NCBI GenBank assembly: GCA_963796455.1
Contig: CAWCLO010000004.1
Coordinates: 288,001 to 352,000 of the forward strand
Source: Candidatus Sulfomarinibacteraceae bacterium
GTDB lineage: Bacteria > Acidobacteriota > Thermoanaerobaculia > Thermoanaerobaculales > Sulfomarinibacteraceae
Direction: 5' to 3'
Length of the DNA: 64,000 nt
The first letter of the stretch is position 1, and every line of letters starts with the position of its first letter. Below the pieces are notes generated by a model that saw nothing but the letters and a program-made list of their open reading frames with translations, did not search any database and was not told the DNA's origin. Both the position numbers and the translations under genes were made by a program. Positions 30,488-41,146 of this stretch are shown here, piece after piece.

Positions 30488-30831
30488 TCTTCGTCCCTTT
30501 CGTTTGGATCCGGTTCTTCGAGAAAACGCGCGAGCGCGTCCAACTGCGACTCCCAGTACTCGCGATAGTTCTCGACCCATTCGGCCGCGTCGCGCATCGG
30601 TGAGGCGTCGAGCCCGCAACGGCTGAGTCGTCCTTCGCTGACCCGTTGAACCAGACCGGCTCGCTCCAACACCCGGAGGTGTTTGGAGATCGCCGGCCGC
30701 GAGATTTCAAAGGGCTGGGCCAGCTCGCCGACGGTGGCGTCGCCCGTAGCGAGACGGGCGAGGATCGCACGTCGCGTCGGGTCGGCCAGAGCGGCAAAGG
30801 TCAGATCGAGGTTTTGTTCATTGGTAACCAT
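30484..30831 (-). CDS. ArsR/SmtB-family transcriptional regulator
   Basis: [13 protein letters not shown] and [13 protein letters not shown]; translationally coupled to the SRPBCC gene. Confidence 0.93.
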   Translation of the reverse strand: MVTNEQNLDLTFAALADPTRRAILARLATGDATVGELAQPFEISRPAISKHLRVLERAGLVQRVSEGRLSRCGLDASPMRDAAEWVENYREYWESQLDALARFLEEPDPNERDEE

Positions 30832-30839
30832 CTGGTTAC
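30824..30839. promoter_or_regulatory. Probable ArsR autoregulatory operator
   Basis: Perfect GTAACCA-TC-TGGTTAC palindrome overlapping the ArsR start codon. Confidence 0.65.
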
Positions 30840-30899
30840 GAATATAGGATAGGTGAGAATCATTGTCAAGACCCGATCACGATATTTTTCCTCGCTTTC

Positions 30900-31345
30900 G
30901 TCGCAAACACGAAGACACAAAGGCACGAAGGACATCACACCAAGAAAACCACAGAGGCACGGAGACACAGAGAGGGAACACAGAGGGCTGGCGCAAAGGC
31001 CCACAGAACACACAGAAAAACACAAAAGCCATCGCAAAGAGCGACCAGAGTGCAGCCGGGACGGCTGCACCACCATGGTGGTGCACGCGTCTCGCGTGCA
31101 CATGGTTGAACCGCAAAGAACGCAAAGAACGTAAAGTCGCAAAGTCGCAAAGACGCGAAGACGCCAAGGCGGGTTGACCGGGCTGATGCGACGTTGCCGT
31201 CAGTGTCGGCAGAACGACAGACGATCTCCGATCGCCAGCGCTCGGAGTCCACCCGCTTCCCACCGACCGGTACGCCCACGGCGCACCGGTTCTGCCTTGC
31301 CGGGAAGTCTTCTGCGTCTTCTCGACTCTGCGCCTCTGGGTTCAT
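30900..31345. repeat. Composite low-complexity short-repeat region with REP-like hairpins
   Basis: Blocks of CACRRAG/CACAGAA and CGCAAAG units; two hairpins at about 31050-31101; complementary TCTGCG block at about 31310-31340. Confidence 0.7.
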
Positions 31346-31409
31346 GACCCTTTTGGCAATATCGATCCAGCAGTTCGGCTACCGTTGCGCCTTCGCGTCG
31401 ACGAACCCG

Positions 31410-31600
31410 GGCGCTGCCGCCGATCGCTGACCGCTGTTCCCTGTCGCTGCTCACTGTCGCTGTCCCTGTTCGCTGGTGCCTGTCGCTGCCCCTGGACTCT
31501 GCCGCTGCCGCTGCAATTCGGGAGCGGGATCGGGAAGGGGTAGGTGCCAACCGTGAACCGGATATGCCAAAAACCAACCCGTAAACCACGTGTTGTCAGA
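31410..31600 (-). mobile_element. Left-arm-only copy of the four-helix-bundle element (copy F)
   Basis: GCTGCCGCTGCAATTCGGG...CAACCGTGAACCGGATATGCCAAAAACC, shared with 41505-41600 and 50666-50760. Confidence 0.7.
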
Positions 31601-31714
31601 TGGGCAGCTTCACATGACGATCTGCTTTGGACAGCAGTGATCCTGAATCCTGCATCCAGCAGCGAGCATCGGGTGGCCTGTCCGTCTCTGTGGTTTTGGA
31701 GTTGCGGGTGAGTG

Positions 31715-32248
31715 TTACTCGACCCGCACCAGCGTCATCTCGAAGAACTGGCGCCAATTCTCGCCATCGGTGGAGGCTTCGCCGACCTCGGTCCAGCGGC
31801 CGTCTTCGCCAATGGTGATCGTATAACGAATAGTGCGTCCGGGTATCTCCATTCCCCACACGAAGACACCGTCCTCGAGTCGGCCGTCGAAATCTCCACT
31901 CCGACCATTGGCCAGGTGGGTGCTGAACCGATAGGCATCCTTGGCGCCATCCCACGTCAGCGTGGCCAAGGCGTGGTGAATCGGCTCGTCGCCGGGAGCT
32001 GCATCGGCGTCTTCATGGATCCCCTCGATCACGAGCGCCAGTCCGTCGAGCCGACTCTCGACGGACTCATGGCTGCGAAATTTCTGCGCTTCGCCCGGGC
32101 CCATGGCGATCCAACCTTCACCGCTCCACTCGCCGACCAGAAATGACATCGCCCGCATGTTTTTTTGTTTCGACGCAAGATCTTCTTGCGCGGCCGCGAA
32201 CATGGGGACACAGAGCGCCACAGAGATCGCCAACATTTGCTTTCGCAT
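31715..32248 (-). CDS. Secreted DUF1579-like beta-barrel protein
   Basis: Signal peptide; FLVGEWSGEGW and WTEVGEAS.DG.NW..FFEM. Confidence 0.75.
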   Translation of the reverse strand: MRKQMLAISVALCVPMFAAAQEDLASKQKNMRAMSFLVGEWSGEGWIAMGPGEAQKFRSHESVESRLDGLALVIEGIHEDADAAPGDEPIHHALATLTWDGAKDAYRFSTHLANGRSGDFDGRLEDGVFVWGMEIPGRTIRYTITIGEDGRWTEVGEASTDGENWRQFFEMTLVRVE

Positions 32249-32533
32249 GGAATTCTCCTTTGTCAGATTGTACGCATCCGTATAGATTTGATTCCCATTA
32301 TCTTTTGACTTCTGTAACATTTTGTCGCGAAGGGCCAAATGCAAAGATGACAATCAGATTTCGCAAGGAAGTGACTGTGGCTTTACGGGTGCCTCTCCGG
32401 GGGAAGAAACCCTGGCTTCCATGTTCCGTAGGTTCATGAGAGTCTATCCGCGCGCTTCATCGTTTTCGCGACTCATCGACTTCATGTCGGGGAGCGCGTT
32501 TTTCGGGCGGTATCCGCGTTGGTTGTGAGGGAG

Positions 32534-34240
32534 ATGTTGAAAAAGTTTTTCATCGGGAGCTTCGCGCTCGCGGCCGTCTTGGCCGCTTCGATCGGCGGCG
32601 GCCAATTGGTCGCGCAGGATGAAGGCAAGAAGACCTTCGGTACCGCAGTCGATGTCACGGTGGTCAACATCGATGTGTTTGTCCGCGATTCGGAGGGCCG
32701 GCCGGTGGATGGGCTCTCGGCCGAGGATTTCAGAATCGTCCAGGGCGGTGTCGAAATTCCGGTGACCAATTTCTCGGTGCTCCAGGAAGGCACCCTTTCC
32801 TGGCAGAGCCCTGTCGGCGGTGCCGACGTCCCCGTGGCGGCGGCCCTTCCCGAAGTCGAGCCGGCATATGTGTTGCTCTATATCGACAATGAGTACATCC
32901 AGCCGATCCAACGAAAAAGGATGATGCGTCGGGTCCGGGACTTCGTTGAAGAAACGATGCCGCAAGAGGTTCGGATGGGGGTGGCGAGTGCGCGCCGGTC
33001 GTTGGATCTCCGCCAGCCCTTCACGGACGACTCTGAGGCAGTTCTCGAGGCTCTGCAGAAGGTAGGGAAAGAAACCTCTGGTTGGCATACCCGAAACCGC
33101 GAACGCCAGAGGATCCTGGCCGAAATGGACAATTACGCGGCCGACCGGGATTCGCAACGATTCGAGAACGTAGAGACCAACTATGACTTTCTCAACAAAT
33201 TCACCGTCAAAAGCATGATCTGGTCCTATGTCGAGGCGGAGTCCGACATACTGGTCGACTCATTGGCTGCCATGCACCAAGCGATAGAAATGATCGCCGG
33301 AGTCAAAGGCCGGAAGGCGATGGTCCTGATGTCCGGTGGCATGCCGATGACACCCGGCCGCGGTCTGATGGAAGAGTTTGCGGCGGTCTTCAATGATCAG
33401 ACGATCTTCAACGAGATCGGGATTGTCCACAAGGGCGAGAACTATCGATCTCTGGCGACCGCGGCCAACGGCCATCAGGTTCGGATCTACTCGCTCGATG
33501 CCACTGGCTTGAGCACCCCCGATGGCTTCAGCGCCGAGGACAATCTCGCTCCCGAGGCAAGGGCGTCGTGGGCGCGCCAAAAGGATCTCCAGGAGTCCCT
33601 CGGCTATATGGCGGATACCACCGGCGGGTTGGCGGTCTTGAACACCAACGACGTGGCGGTGGGCTTGGGTCTGATCCAGGACGATCTATTCAATTATTAC
33701 TCGCTCGGCTACACCGTTGCGGCGGTCGCTGAGGATGAGGATCACAAGATCAGCATCGAACTGCCGAACCACCCCGAATACACAATCCGTCATCGCCGGT
33801 GGATCACCGAGAAATCTCAGGCGACACAGGTTCAGGATCAGGTGCAGAGCGCCCTCTACCGCGACACCAACAACAACCCGATGGGGCTGGAATTCACCAG
33901 CGGACCTCCAGTGCGGGCTCAGGGAAAACGCTGGCAGGTCCCTTTCGATCTCGCGATACCGATTCGCAATCTGACCATGGTGCGCGAGAACGACACCTGG
34001 GTGGGCTATGTCGATATTCTCCTCAGCGTCCGCGATGAGCGGGGGAGAGAGATGGCGCCGACTCGTCGCGAACACGTGATCATCATTCCGGCGAATGGCT
34101 CCGATACACCGGGAGACGTGCTTTACCGGATCTCCCTGCAGATGTTGTTCAGGAACCAACGCCATACGGTTTCCGTGGGCGTCACAGACCGCCAATCCCA
34201 ACGGACGTCCTTCACCCGTACGGAGATCGAGATCCCCTGA
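32534..34240 (+). CDS. Acidobacterial-type VWA-domain protein
   Basis: VDVTVVNIDVFV.D..G.PV.GL...DF, GRKAMVLMSGG, ADTTGG and YYSLGY. Confidence 0.88.
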   Translation: MLKKFFIGSFALAAVLAASIGGGQLVAQDEGKKTFGTAVDVTVVNIDVFVRDSEGRPVDGLSAEDFRIVQGGVEIPVTNFSVLQEGTLSWQSPVGGADVPVAAALPEVEPAYVLLYIDNEYIQPIQRKRMMRRVRDFVEETMPQEVRMGVASARRSLDLRQPFTDDSEAVLEALQKVGKETSGWHTRNRERQRILAEMDNYAADRDSQRFENVETNYDFLNKFTVKSMIWSYVEAESDILVDSLAAMHQAIEMIAGVKGRKAMVLMSGGMPMTPGRGLMEEFAAVFNDQTIFNEIGIVHKGENYRSLATAANGHQVRIYSLDATGLSTPDGFSAEDNLAPEARASWARQKDLQESLGYMADTTGGLAVLNTNDVAVGLGLIQDDLFNYYSLGYTVAAVAEDEDHKISIELPNHPEYTIRHRRWITEKSQATQVQDQVQSALYRDTNNNPMGLEFTSGPPVRAQGKRWQVPFDLAIPIRNLTMVRENDTWVGYVDILLSVRDERGREMAPTRREHVIIIPANGSDTPGDVLYRISLQMLFRNQRHTVSVGVTDRQSQRTSFTRTEIEIP

Positions 34241-34769
34241 TCGATTGCCGGGAGCTTATTTTTCCGGTCGATCCGGCGATGTACGGATTCTGAGATGGGT
34301 GCCCGGAAAACCGGACATATCCTCCGGTCCCTTGCACCCTCAAATGGCTGTTCAGCTTGGATGACAACGCGAAATTATTGAAATCTCGCGACTTGCGCAC
34401 GTTTTGCGCCTGAGCTCTTCAGATGCGAAAATCCAGGCATGAAATTTGAATAAAACAGCCAAGTGAAGAAACGATTGCAAGCAAAATATGGAGATGCATT
34501 GGCTGCAGTTTTGAAAAACCACAGCACCTCGGGAGATCAGGCCCCGGCCGACCCGGCCATCGTTCCAGCTTTCTTTACGTCACGTCACAGTTTTTGTTTC
34601 AGAAATCTTAATCGGGGGCTCTTCTGGGGGAGAGTTCCGTTGATTGAAAGGGGGAGGAAAGGACCAGAAGCAGGAGGAGTGATTTTGTTTGTCACTCCGG
34701 CCGGCAGTCGTGTGCCGCGCCCGGTGTGATGTCGTGTATGAATAATTTTTGGATAGAGGAGGATTCGAT

Positions 34770-37700
34770 ATGCGTAGGTTTACGATCGCGGCGCTTGCCG
34801 CCGCAGTTTTGATTCTCGGCGTCTATATCGTCGAGGCACAGGAGACCACCGGTTCGATCGCCGGTACCGTCGTCAATGACGTCGGCACGCCGATCGCTGG
34901 TGCGCTTGTCAATGCTGTTGGAACATCCGGTACGGTCTCGAGTGTTTCGAGTGCCGACGGACGTTTCCGTTTCCCGAGAGTTGCTCCAGGTGGTTACAAG
35001 GTCTCGACGACCTTTGAAGGCTTCCAGCCCGCCGAAACCGACATCACCGTCGTTCTCGGTCAGGCCACCACGGTCAACTTCTCGCTGCAGCAGACCTTCT
35101 CCGAGGAGATTACGGTCTACTCGGACACGGTTTCGATCGATTTCACAGAGAGCCAGACCGAGCTCAGTGTCCGCGAGTGGGAGATCGACTATCTGCCCCG
35201 CGGCCGCGACTTCACCGATGTGGTGAGCTTTGCTGCTGGCGCGACGACCGAGGACCAGGGCGGCGGCATCATGGTTGATGGCGCCTCCGGTCTCGAGAAC
35301 CGCTTCATCATCGACGGCCTCGACACCACCGATCCTCAGATCGGAAACAGCTCGGTGCCGATCCGCGCCGAGATGATGGAAGAGGTCCAGGTCAAGTCGG
35401 CCGGTTACATGGCCGAGTATGGCGGCGCGATGGGCGGCGTGGTCAACGCCGTGACCAAGTCGGGCTCGAATGAGTTCCACGGCTCGGTCTTCGTCGACTA
35501 CGAGAACAACTCCTGGAACGGCGCCCAGCGCCCGGAGATCGAGTACGACCTCGATGATCCGACCCAGGCCGGTTACGAGACCTACAAGAAGGACGACCGC
35601 GTCCGCTACGATCCGGGTTTCTCGATCGGTGGACCGATCCTCCGTGATCGTCTGTGGTTCTTTGCGTCCTACATTCCGGGCATCCGCTCGACCGAGCGTT
35701 ATGTCGACTGGGTGAGCTTTGATCCCCAGACCTACAAGTCAGATTTCCGGGTCGACTATGCGACCGCGAACCTGACCGCCAACATCTCGAGTGCGCTGCT
35801 GTTGAAGGCCGGCCTCAACCTCTCGCCCTACGAGACCGATGGCCTGCTCCCCAACCCTGATGGTCGCGCCGACCTTCCGGGCGATGAGAACTACTCACCG
35901 CTTGGAGTCAAGGGCGAGCGTGAGACCTATTACTTGAACGCCGACTGGATCGCCAGCGACAACTTCGTCGTCAGCGGCCGCGTGGGCTACTACAAGACCA
36001 ACAGCGAAGACACGGGTATCCCGATCTTCCCGTTGATCCACAACTACTCCACCGGGAGCACCGCGGGCTTTGTCGATCGTCACCCCGAGATCCCGGCGCA
36101 GTGGCAGCAGGGCGCGGGCTGGTTGAGCGACAACCTTCAGACCGGTGTGGACATCCGCGACATCTACGAGCGGACCGCATACGCAATCGACGGCACCGCG
36201 TATTTCCGTGGCGCCGGCGACCACTCGCTGAAGTTCGGTTACCAGAACGAGAAGATCGCCAACGATGTGTCCTCGGGCTACAACGCCGACCGGATCCTCT
36301 ACTACTGGGATCGCAACTACACGACGACCTCATCCGAGAGCGTGACCGGTGACTACGGTTACTTCCGTCTGCTCAACATCTCGGCCTTCGGTAATGTCGA
36401 GACCAACAACGAGGCCATCTTCATCCAGGACGCATGGAGCGTGCTGCCCAACCTGACCCTCAACCTCGGCGTCCGTTCCGAGCATGAGGCGATCCCGAAC
36501 TTCGGCGCCACCGGCCCCGATCCGGCGATCGAGTTCAACTTTGGTGAGAAGATTGCCCCGCGTATCGGTTTTGCCTGGGACATCATGAACAACGCCAAGT
36601 GGAAGCTCTATGGTTCCATGGGCAAATACTATGATGTGACCAAGTACGAGATGCCGCGTGGATCCTTCGGCGGCAACAAATGGGTCGACTACTTCTACAC
36701 ATTCGACACAGCCGACCCGGGTCTCAACTCCGATGCCGGCTGCCGCGTCGGAACCAACACCATCAACGAGCGCCCGGTCTGTGGCGCTGGAACCTTCATC
36801 GAGGCGGTTGACCGCCGTCACAATGCCGCCGACCCGGCGGAGTGGGAAGCCATCGGCGTGCCGCTGGTCGATCCCGACATCAAACCGATGGAGAACTACG
36901 AGTACCAGATCGGTGTGGATCATCAGCTGAACTCCGACATCCAGCTCGGAGCCCGCCTGGTTCACAAGGAACTCAAGCGTTCGATCGAGGACATCGGCTT
37001 CCTCTATCCCGGCATCGGTGAGGTCTATGTCATCGGTAACCCGGGCGAAGGCATCACCGCCGGTGCGACCGACGAGGGTCTCTTCTTCCCGAAACCGCAG
37101 CGCGACTACGATGCGCTCGAGTTCACCTTCGACAAACGTTTTGCCGACAACTGGTCGCTGCGGGCGTACTACACCCTCAGCCGCCTCTACGGCAACTACT
37201 CCGGTCTCGCCAACTCGGACGAGATGAACGCCGTTTACAGCCCGCGTGCCGCAGTCGGTGCCGGCGCCCGTCGTTCGCCGAACGTCAGCCGTCTGTATGA
37301 CTCGGTCTTCGGCTACTACGATGAGAATGGCGACCATGTCTATGGCGAGCTCCCCACCAACCGTACCCACCAGATCGGGGCGCAGTTCCTGTACAGCTTC
37401 CCGATCGGTTTCAACGTGGGTGTCAACCAGTACATCGGCAGCGGAACTCCGCTCACGACCTACGGAACCGTGCCGATCGGCAACGAGTTCTATCCCTATG
37501 GCCGTGGCGATCTGGGAACGACCTCTTGGATCACCCAGACCGATCTGTCGTTGTTCTACACGCTGACCTTCGGTCGTGGAATGGGCCTCACCTTCGGGCT
37601 GACCGTGCTCAACCTCTTCGACCAGGACACCGTGACCTCGACCTGGAACAAGACTGCCGAGCAGGATGTTCCGATCACCGCCGACGACGTCATGACCGGC

Positions 37701-37820
37701 TACAGCTATGCTGCGCTGTTGGCGTCTCTCGGTCCGGAAGCCCTGGATGTGCGTTTCGGACTCGACAACGCCCGCCAGGCTCCGCGTGAACTCCGCTTGA
37801 CCGTCAAGTTTGAGTTCTAG
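34770..37820 (+). CDS. Oar-like TonB-dependent receptor with an N-terminal carboxypeptidase-regulatory-like domain
   Basis: QETTGSIAGTV, LPRGRDF, AEYGGAMGGVVNAVTKSGSNEFHG, FIQDAW and PRIGFAWD; terminal Phe. Confidence 0.93.
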   Translation: MRRFTIAALAAAVLILGVYIVEAQETTGSIAGTVVNDVGTPIAGALVNAVGTSGTVSSVSSADGRFRFPRVAPGGYKVSTTFEGFQPAETDITVVLGQATTVNFSLQQTFSEEITVYSDTVSIDFTESQTELSVREWEIDYLPRGRDFTDVVSFAAGATTEDQGGGIMVDGASGLENRFIIDGLDTTDPQIGNSSVPIRAEMMEEVQVKSAGYMAEYGGAMGGVVNAVTKSGSNEFHGSVFVDYENNSWNGAQRPEIEYDLDDPTQAGYETYKKDDRVRYDPGFSIGGPILRDRLWFFASYIPGIRSTERYVDWVSFDPQTYKSDFRVDYATANLTANISSALLLKAGLNLSPYETDGLLPNPDGRADLPGDENYSPLGVKGERETYYLNADWIASDNFVVSGRVGYYKTNSEDTGIPIFPLIHNYSTGSTAGFVDRHPEIPAQWQQGAGWLSDNLQTGVDIRDIYERTAYAIDGTAYFRGAGDHSLKFGYQNEKIANDVSSGYNADRILYYWDRNYTTTSSESVTGDYGYFRLLNISAFGNVETNNEAIFIQDAWSVLPNLTLNLGVRSEHEAIPNFGATGPDPAIEFNFGEKIAPRIGFAWDIMNNAKWKLYGSMGKYYDVTKYEMPRGSFGGNKWVDYFYTFDTADPGLNSDAGCRVGTNTINERPVCGAGTFIEAVDRRHNAADPAEWEAIGVPLVDPDIKPMENYEYQIGVDHQLNSDIQLGARLVHKELKRSIEDIGFLYPGIGEVYVIGNPGEGITAGATDEGLFFPKPQRDYDALEFTFDKRFADNWSLRAYYTLSRLYGNYSGLANSDEMNAVYSPRAAVGAGARRSPNVSRLYDSVFGYYDENGDHVYGELPTNRTHQIGAQFLYSFPIGFNVGVNQYIGSGTPLTTYGTVPIGNEFYPYGRGDLGTTSWITQTDLSLFYTLTFGRGMGLTFGLTVLNLFDQDTVTSTWNKTAEQDVPITADDVMTGYSYAALLASLGPEALDVRFGLDNARQAPRELRLTVKFEF

Positions 37821-37851
37821 GCTTTATTCAATCTGCGCAGCAATGCGCTTC

Positions 37852-37881
37852 AAGGGGCTGCCTTCGGGCAGCCCCTTTTTT
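37852..37881 (+). terminator. Intrinsic terminator
   Basis: AAGGGGCTGCC-TTCG-GGCAGCCCCTTTTTT. Confidence 0.9.
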
Positions 37882-38240
37882 ATGGCTATGAAGCTATGGT
37901 CGGCCGCTTCGCGGCCTGGCTATGAAGCGATGAGGGTCTTGCAGAATTGCGGGGATACCTGAAAAAGTTTGGAGTCCGAGGCCCCATTGCCTCACGGCCC
38001 CATAGCCCCAAGGCTCATCGTCTATGGCCGGCTGTTGCGCAGCCTGGATTTGAGGCAGTGAGGCTCTGATCGGTCGCTTTGCTCCCTGGCTATGAAGCTA
38101 TGAGGGTTCTGCAGAATCGTGGTGACACGGGAAAGAGAGTTCGGAGTCCATAGCCCCATTGCCTCACCGCCCCATGCCCCATAGCCCCATAGCCCCATAG
38201 CCCCATAGCTCCATAGCCTCACTGCCCCACTGCCCTCACC
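37882..38240. repeat. Tandem pair of units with inverted GCTATGRR / CCCATAGC octamer arms
   Basis: Units at about 37885-38015 and 38025-38230 share GGCTATGAAGC.ATGAGGGT..TGCAGAAT...GGAGTCC...GCCCCATTGCCTCAC. Confidence 0.8.
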
Positions 38241-38243
38241 TCA

Positions 38244-39005
38244 TCAAGGAACGAGGCGCCTGCCTTCTTCGGAGAATATGGGCGAAGCAACCACCTTCCA
38301 CTTGTTGAGCCGATACGAAATCGAGGTGCCGAGAACGCCGAGGCCATAGACCACGCTGCGGCCGAGATCGATAGAGGATGCTTCGGGAAAGTAGTGGGCC
38401 GGGCAGGAGACCTCGCCGATGCGGAATCCGAAGTAGGCCGCCTGGGCGAGCATCTGGTTGTCAAATACGAAGTCGTCCGAATTCTCCAAAAGCGGCAGGG
38501 TGGTCAAGACCTCGCGTGAAAATGCGCGATAGCCGGTGTGGTACTCGGAGAGCTTTTTTGCCAACAGGATATTTTCGAAAAGAGTCAATGCCCGGTTGGC
38601 GACGTATTTATACAGCGGCATCCCACCCTGCAACGCGCCTTCCGACAGAATTCGTGAACCGAGCACCAGATCGTATTGGCCGATCGCCACCAGTGAGGCC
38701 AGAGCGACGAGCAGTTTCGGGGTGTATTGGTAGTCGGGGTGAAGCATGATCACCACGTCGGTACCGCGTTCGAGGGCTTCGCGGTAGCACGTCTTTTGAT
38801 TGGCGCCATAGCCCAGATTGCGGTCGTGCACGACGGTGTGGAGGCCAAGTTCACGGGCGAACTCGGCGGTTCGGTCGAGACTGCCGTCGTCGACAAGGAT
38901 CAGATCGTCGACGAATCCTTCTGGTATTTCGTCGACGGTTTGTCGCAGGGTTGCCTCGGCGTTGAATGCCGGAAGCACCACGGTGATTTTCTTGCCATGG
39001 ATCAC
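38244..39005 (-). CDS. Glycosyltransferase family 2 (DPM1-like)
   Basis: [27 protein letters not shown] and EYHTGYRAF. Confidence 0.93.
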   Translation of the reverse strand: MIHGKKITVVLPAFNAEATLRQTVDEIPEGFVDDLILVDDGSLDRTAEFARELGLHTVVHDRNLGYGANQKTCYREALERGTDVVIMLHPDYQYTPKLLVALASLVAIGQYDLVLGSRILSEGALQGGMPLYKYVANRALTLFENILLAKKLSEYHTGYRAFSREVLTTLPLLENSDDFVFDNQMLAQAAYFGFRIGEVSCPAHYFPEASSIDLGRSVVYGLGVLGTSISYRLNKWKVVASPIFSEEGRRLVP

Positions 39006-39127
39006 GTTGGTGTCCCTCTTCCCCGATTGGTGATCGCAGCTCCTTGAAGATCATAGCCCGGGCTTTGTCGCGCGTCGCCCCGAAAAGACGCCGAAATGGC
39101 CCGAGGTGTCTGTAGAATGCTCGGACC

Positions 39128-41146
39128 ATGGCTCGTTCACGAACCCGCAAACGACCGGCCAAGAAGCCGCAGCTCAGCCGAAAGACGGTGACCAATGCAC
39201 CGCCGGTAACGCCTGCAACGGCGCTGCCGCGCGCGGCGCGGTTGGCTCTGCTCGGGGTTGCCCTGCTCCTCGTGGTTTTCACCGATGACCGTCACGTCGG
39301 CGGGGTAGCGGACGGCCGGCAGATGATCCGAACTGCCATCGCCATCTCGGAAACCGGGGAGATCGGCCAGGCCCGGGATCTCGATTTCAGTATCCCGAGA
39401 AAGCAGGGTGATGCGGTCTCCCGATTCGGCATGGGTTTCAGCCTGCTCCAGGTCCCGGCCGCCTGGCTGGCGCCAAAGGTGGAGTCCATCAGTGGACCGT
39501 CCTCTTCGCAGTTCCTTTTTCTCCTCGTGCCGATCCTCGGTGTGTTGTTGACCGCTTGGGCCGCGGCGCATGCGGCGCTCTTGCTTGGTGCTCCTCCATC
39601 AGCCGCCGCTCCGGCGGTTTTGTTGGCCTCGATCGCGTCTCCTCTGGCGTCGTATGGGGCGATGGAGTTTTCTGAACCGGTGCAGGCGGCCGCCCTAGGT
39701 CTCGCCTTTGCCGCTGCGTTGGCCGCCGCCAAGCGTGCTGATCGGGACGGCGGCCGGCTTGCGGCTGCGGCCGGCGCCGCCGCGGCATTTGCGGTTCTCA
39801 GCAAATCGAGTCTGGTGGTGATCGCGCCGTGGACCCTGCTGCCGCTGTTGGCCGCGGGTGGTTTTCGCAGAGCGCGGCCGAAGATCATCGCCGCCGGTCT
39901 CGGTGCGGCACCGATCTTGGTGCTGTGGCTGGTCTTCGAGTTGATTCGATTCGGTCGTCTGTTCGGCGGCTATCCCGATGACCGTTTCACCAACAATTTC
40001 TTTGACGGTTTCTGGCGCCTGTTGATCGGCCCGAACCGGGGACTGTTGGTGTTCTACCCGGTTGCGATTCTGGCCGGGCTCTGGGCGTGGCGTGCCCTGC
40101 GAAGCGAGTGCCTGTCAAAAAAACTGGCGGCCGTTGCGGTGTGGGTACCAACTATCGGTATGGTTTTCATAGCCGCTCCTTACTGGGGCTGGCACGGCAT
40201 GGAGGGGTGGGGCCCGCGTTTGATCCTGCCGTCGGTCGCCCTGCTGGCTCCGCTGGCGGCATCGATGCTCGCGCAATGGCCCATCCGAGTGGCCTGGGCG
40301 GTCGTGGTGGTCTGTTCGGTGCTGAATGCGGCACCCCTCCTGCAGCATCCGACGCCGGTGGCGACCTACATCATGAACTGCCGCTGGCCGGAGATCCCGG
40401 CCGGGCGCGAAGTCTCTGATTACCCCTTCTACGCACGTTCCGAGGCCGCCGATGGGTCGGCGACCGTCGTGCCGTTCGAGGTCCTCGAGCGGGAGGCGTC
40501 GGCGTCTTCATTTGTCGTCTATCCCTGGTATCTCGGTGCATCAGCACAAACCGGGTCCGAGCTGAAAAAACGATTACAGGCGCCCCCGTGGTCTGATGCG
40601 CGGCCGGACATCGTGCCGGAAAGCGCTCTCCTGCGGCCCGAATCGATCAGGCGTCTGGCTCCGGAGCCCAGGCTCGGTTTTCTCGGCCGTTCGCTGTGGG
40701 CCGGCACCGGATCCGATGCCGGGGGCGTCTACGACGAAGGCCTGCGCGACCAGGTTATTCGGGCCCAACAACTCCGCGAAGATGAACGGGCGGTCGAACT
40801 CGCCGAAAAACTGCTTCGCCTGGTTCCGTCGGGGGAATCCGATGCCCTGCTCCTCGAGAGCTATCGCCTGGCGGGGTGGCGGACCCGGGCACAGGAATAT
40901 ATCCGGTCGGTGCCGCGATCGCGGCGGGATCACCCGAGGATCAACGTCGTGCTTGCCCTTTTCGAGCGTGATGCGGGCAACGAGTCCGGCGCGAAGGCAC
41001 TGCTTGGACCAGTGATCGGTGCTCTTGCAGGGACGCCGGCCTCGGACGCGCTCTATCGGCCGCTTTCCGAGTGGCCCGACGATCTGCACGCGATGACGAC
41101 GACCCCTCGCCGCGATGCGATGGTGGCCGGACCCGGGAACAGCTGA
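39128..41146 (+). CDS. Multi-pass membrane protein, probable GT-C glycosyltransferase with a C-terminal TPR-like region
   Basis: Many TM helices; FSEP, GLLVFYP and WGPRLILP motifs; divergent from the GT2 gene. Confidence 0.7.
   Translation: MARSRTRKRPAKKPQLSRKTVTNAPPVTPATALPRAARLALLGVALLLVVFTDDRHVGGVADGRQMIRTAIAISETGEIGQARDLDFSIPRKQGDAVSRFGMGFSLLQVPAAWLAPKVESISGPSSSQFLFLLVPILGVLLTAWAAAHAALLLGAPPSAAAPAVLLASIASPLASYGAMEFSEPVQAAALGLAFAAALAAAKRADRDGGRLAAAAGAAAAFAVLSKSSLVVIAPWTLLPLLAAGGFRRARPKIIAAGLGAAPILVLWLVFELIRFGRLFGGYPDDRFTNNFFDGFWRLLIGPNRGLLVFYPVAILAGLWAWRALRSECLSKKLAAVAVWVPTIGMVFIAAPYWGWHGMEGWGPRLILPSVALLAPLAASMLAQWPIRVAWAVVVVCSVLNAAPLLQHPTPVATYIMNCRWPEIPAGREVSDYPFYARSEAADGSATVVPFEVLEREASASSFVVYPWYLGASAQTGSELKKRLQAPPWSDARPDIVPESALLRPESIRRLAPEPRLGFLGRSLWAGTGSDAGGVYDEGLRDQVIRAQQLREDERAVELAEKLLRLVPSGESDALLLESYRLAGWRTRAQEYIRSVPRSRRDHPRINVVLALFERDAGNESGAKALLGPVIGALAGTPASDALYRPLSEWPDDLHAMTTTPRRDAMVAGPGNS

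Noticed and set aside
30900..31170. Possible CRISPR array or small ORFs in the repeat-rich intergenic DNA
   Set aside because: Units are 7-9 nt and degenerate, with no constant 23-47-nt repeat and unique spacers, and there are no cas genes. The ORFs are low-complexity translations.
34241..34769. Riboswitch or sigma-54 promoter in the long leader of the TonB-dependent receptor
   Set aside because: GGCATGAAATTTGA lacks the -12 GC, and no cobalamin or TPP consensus was recognisable. An Rfam search would be needed.
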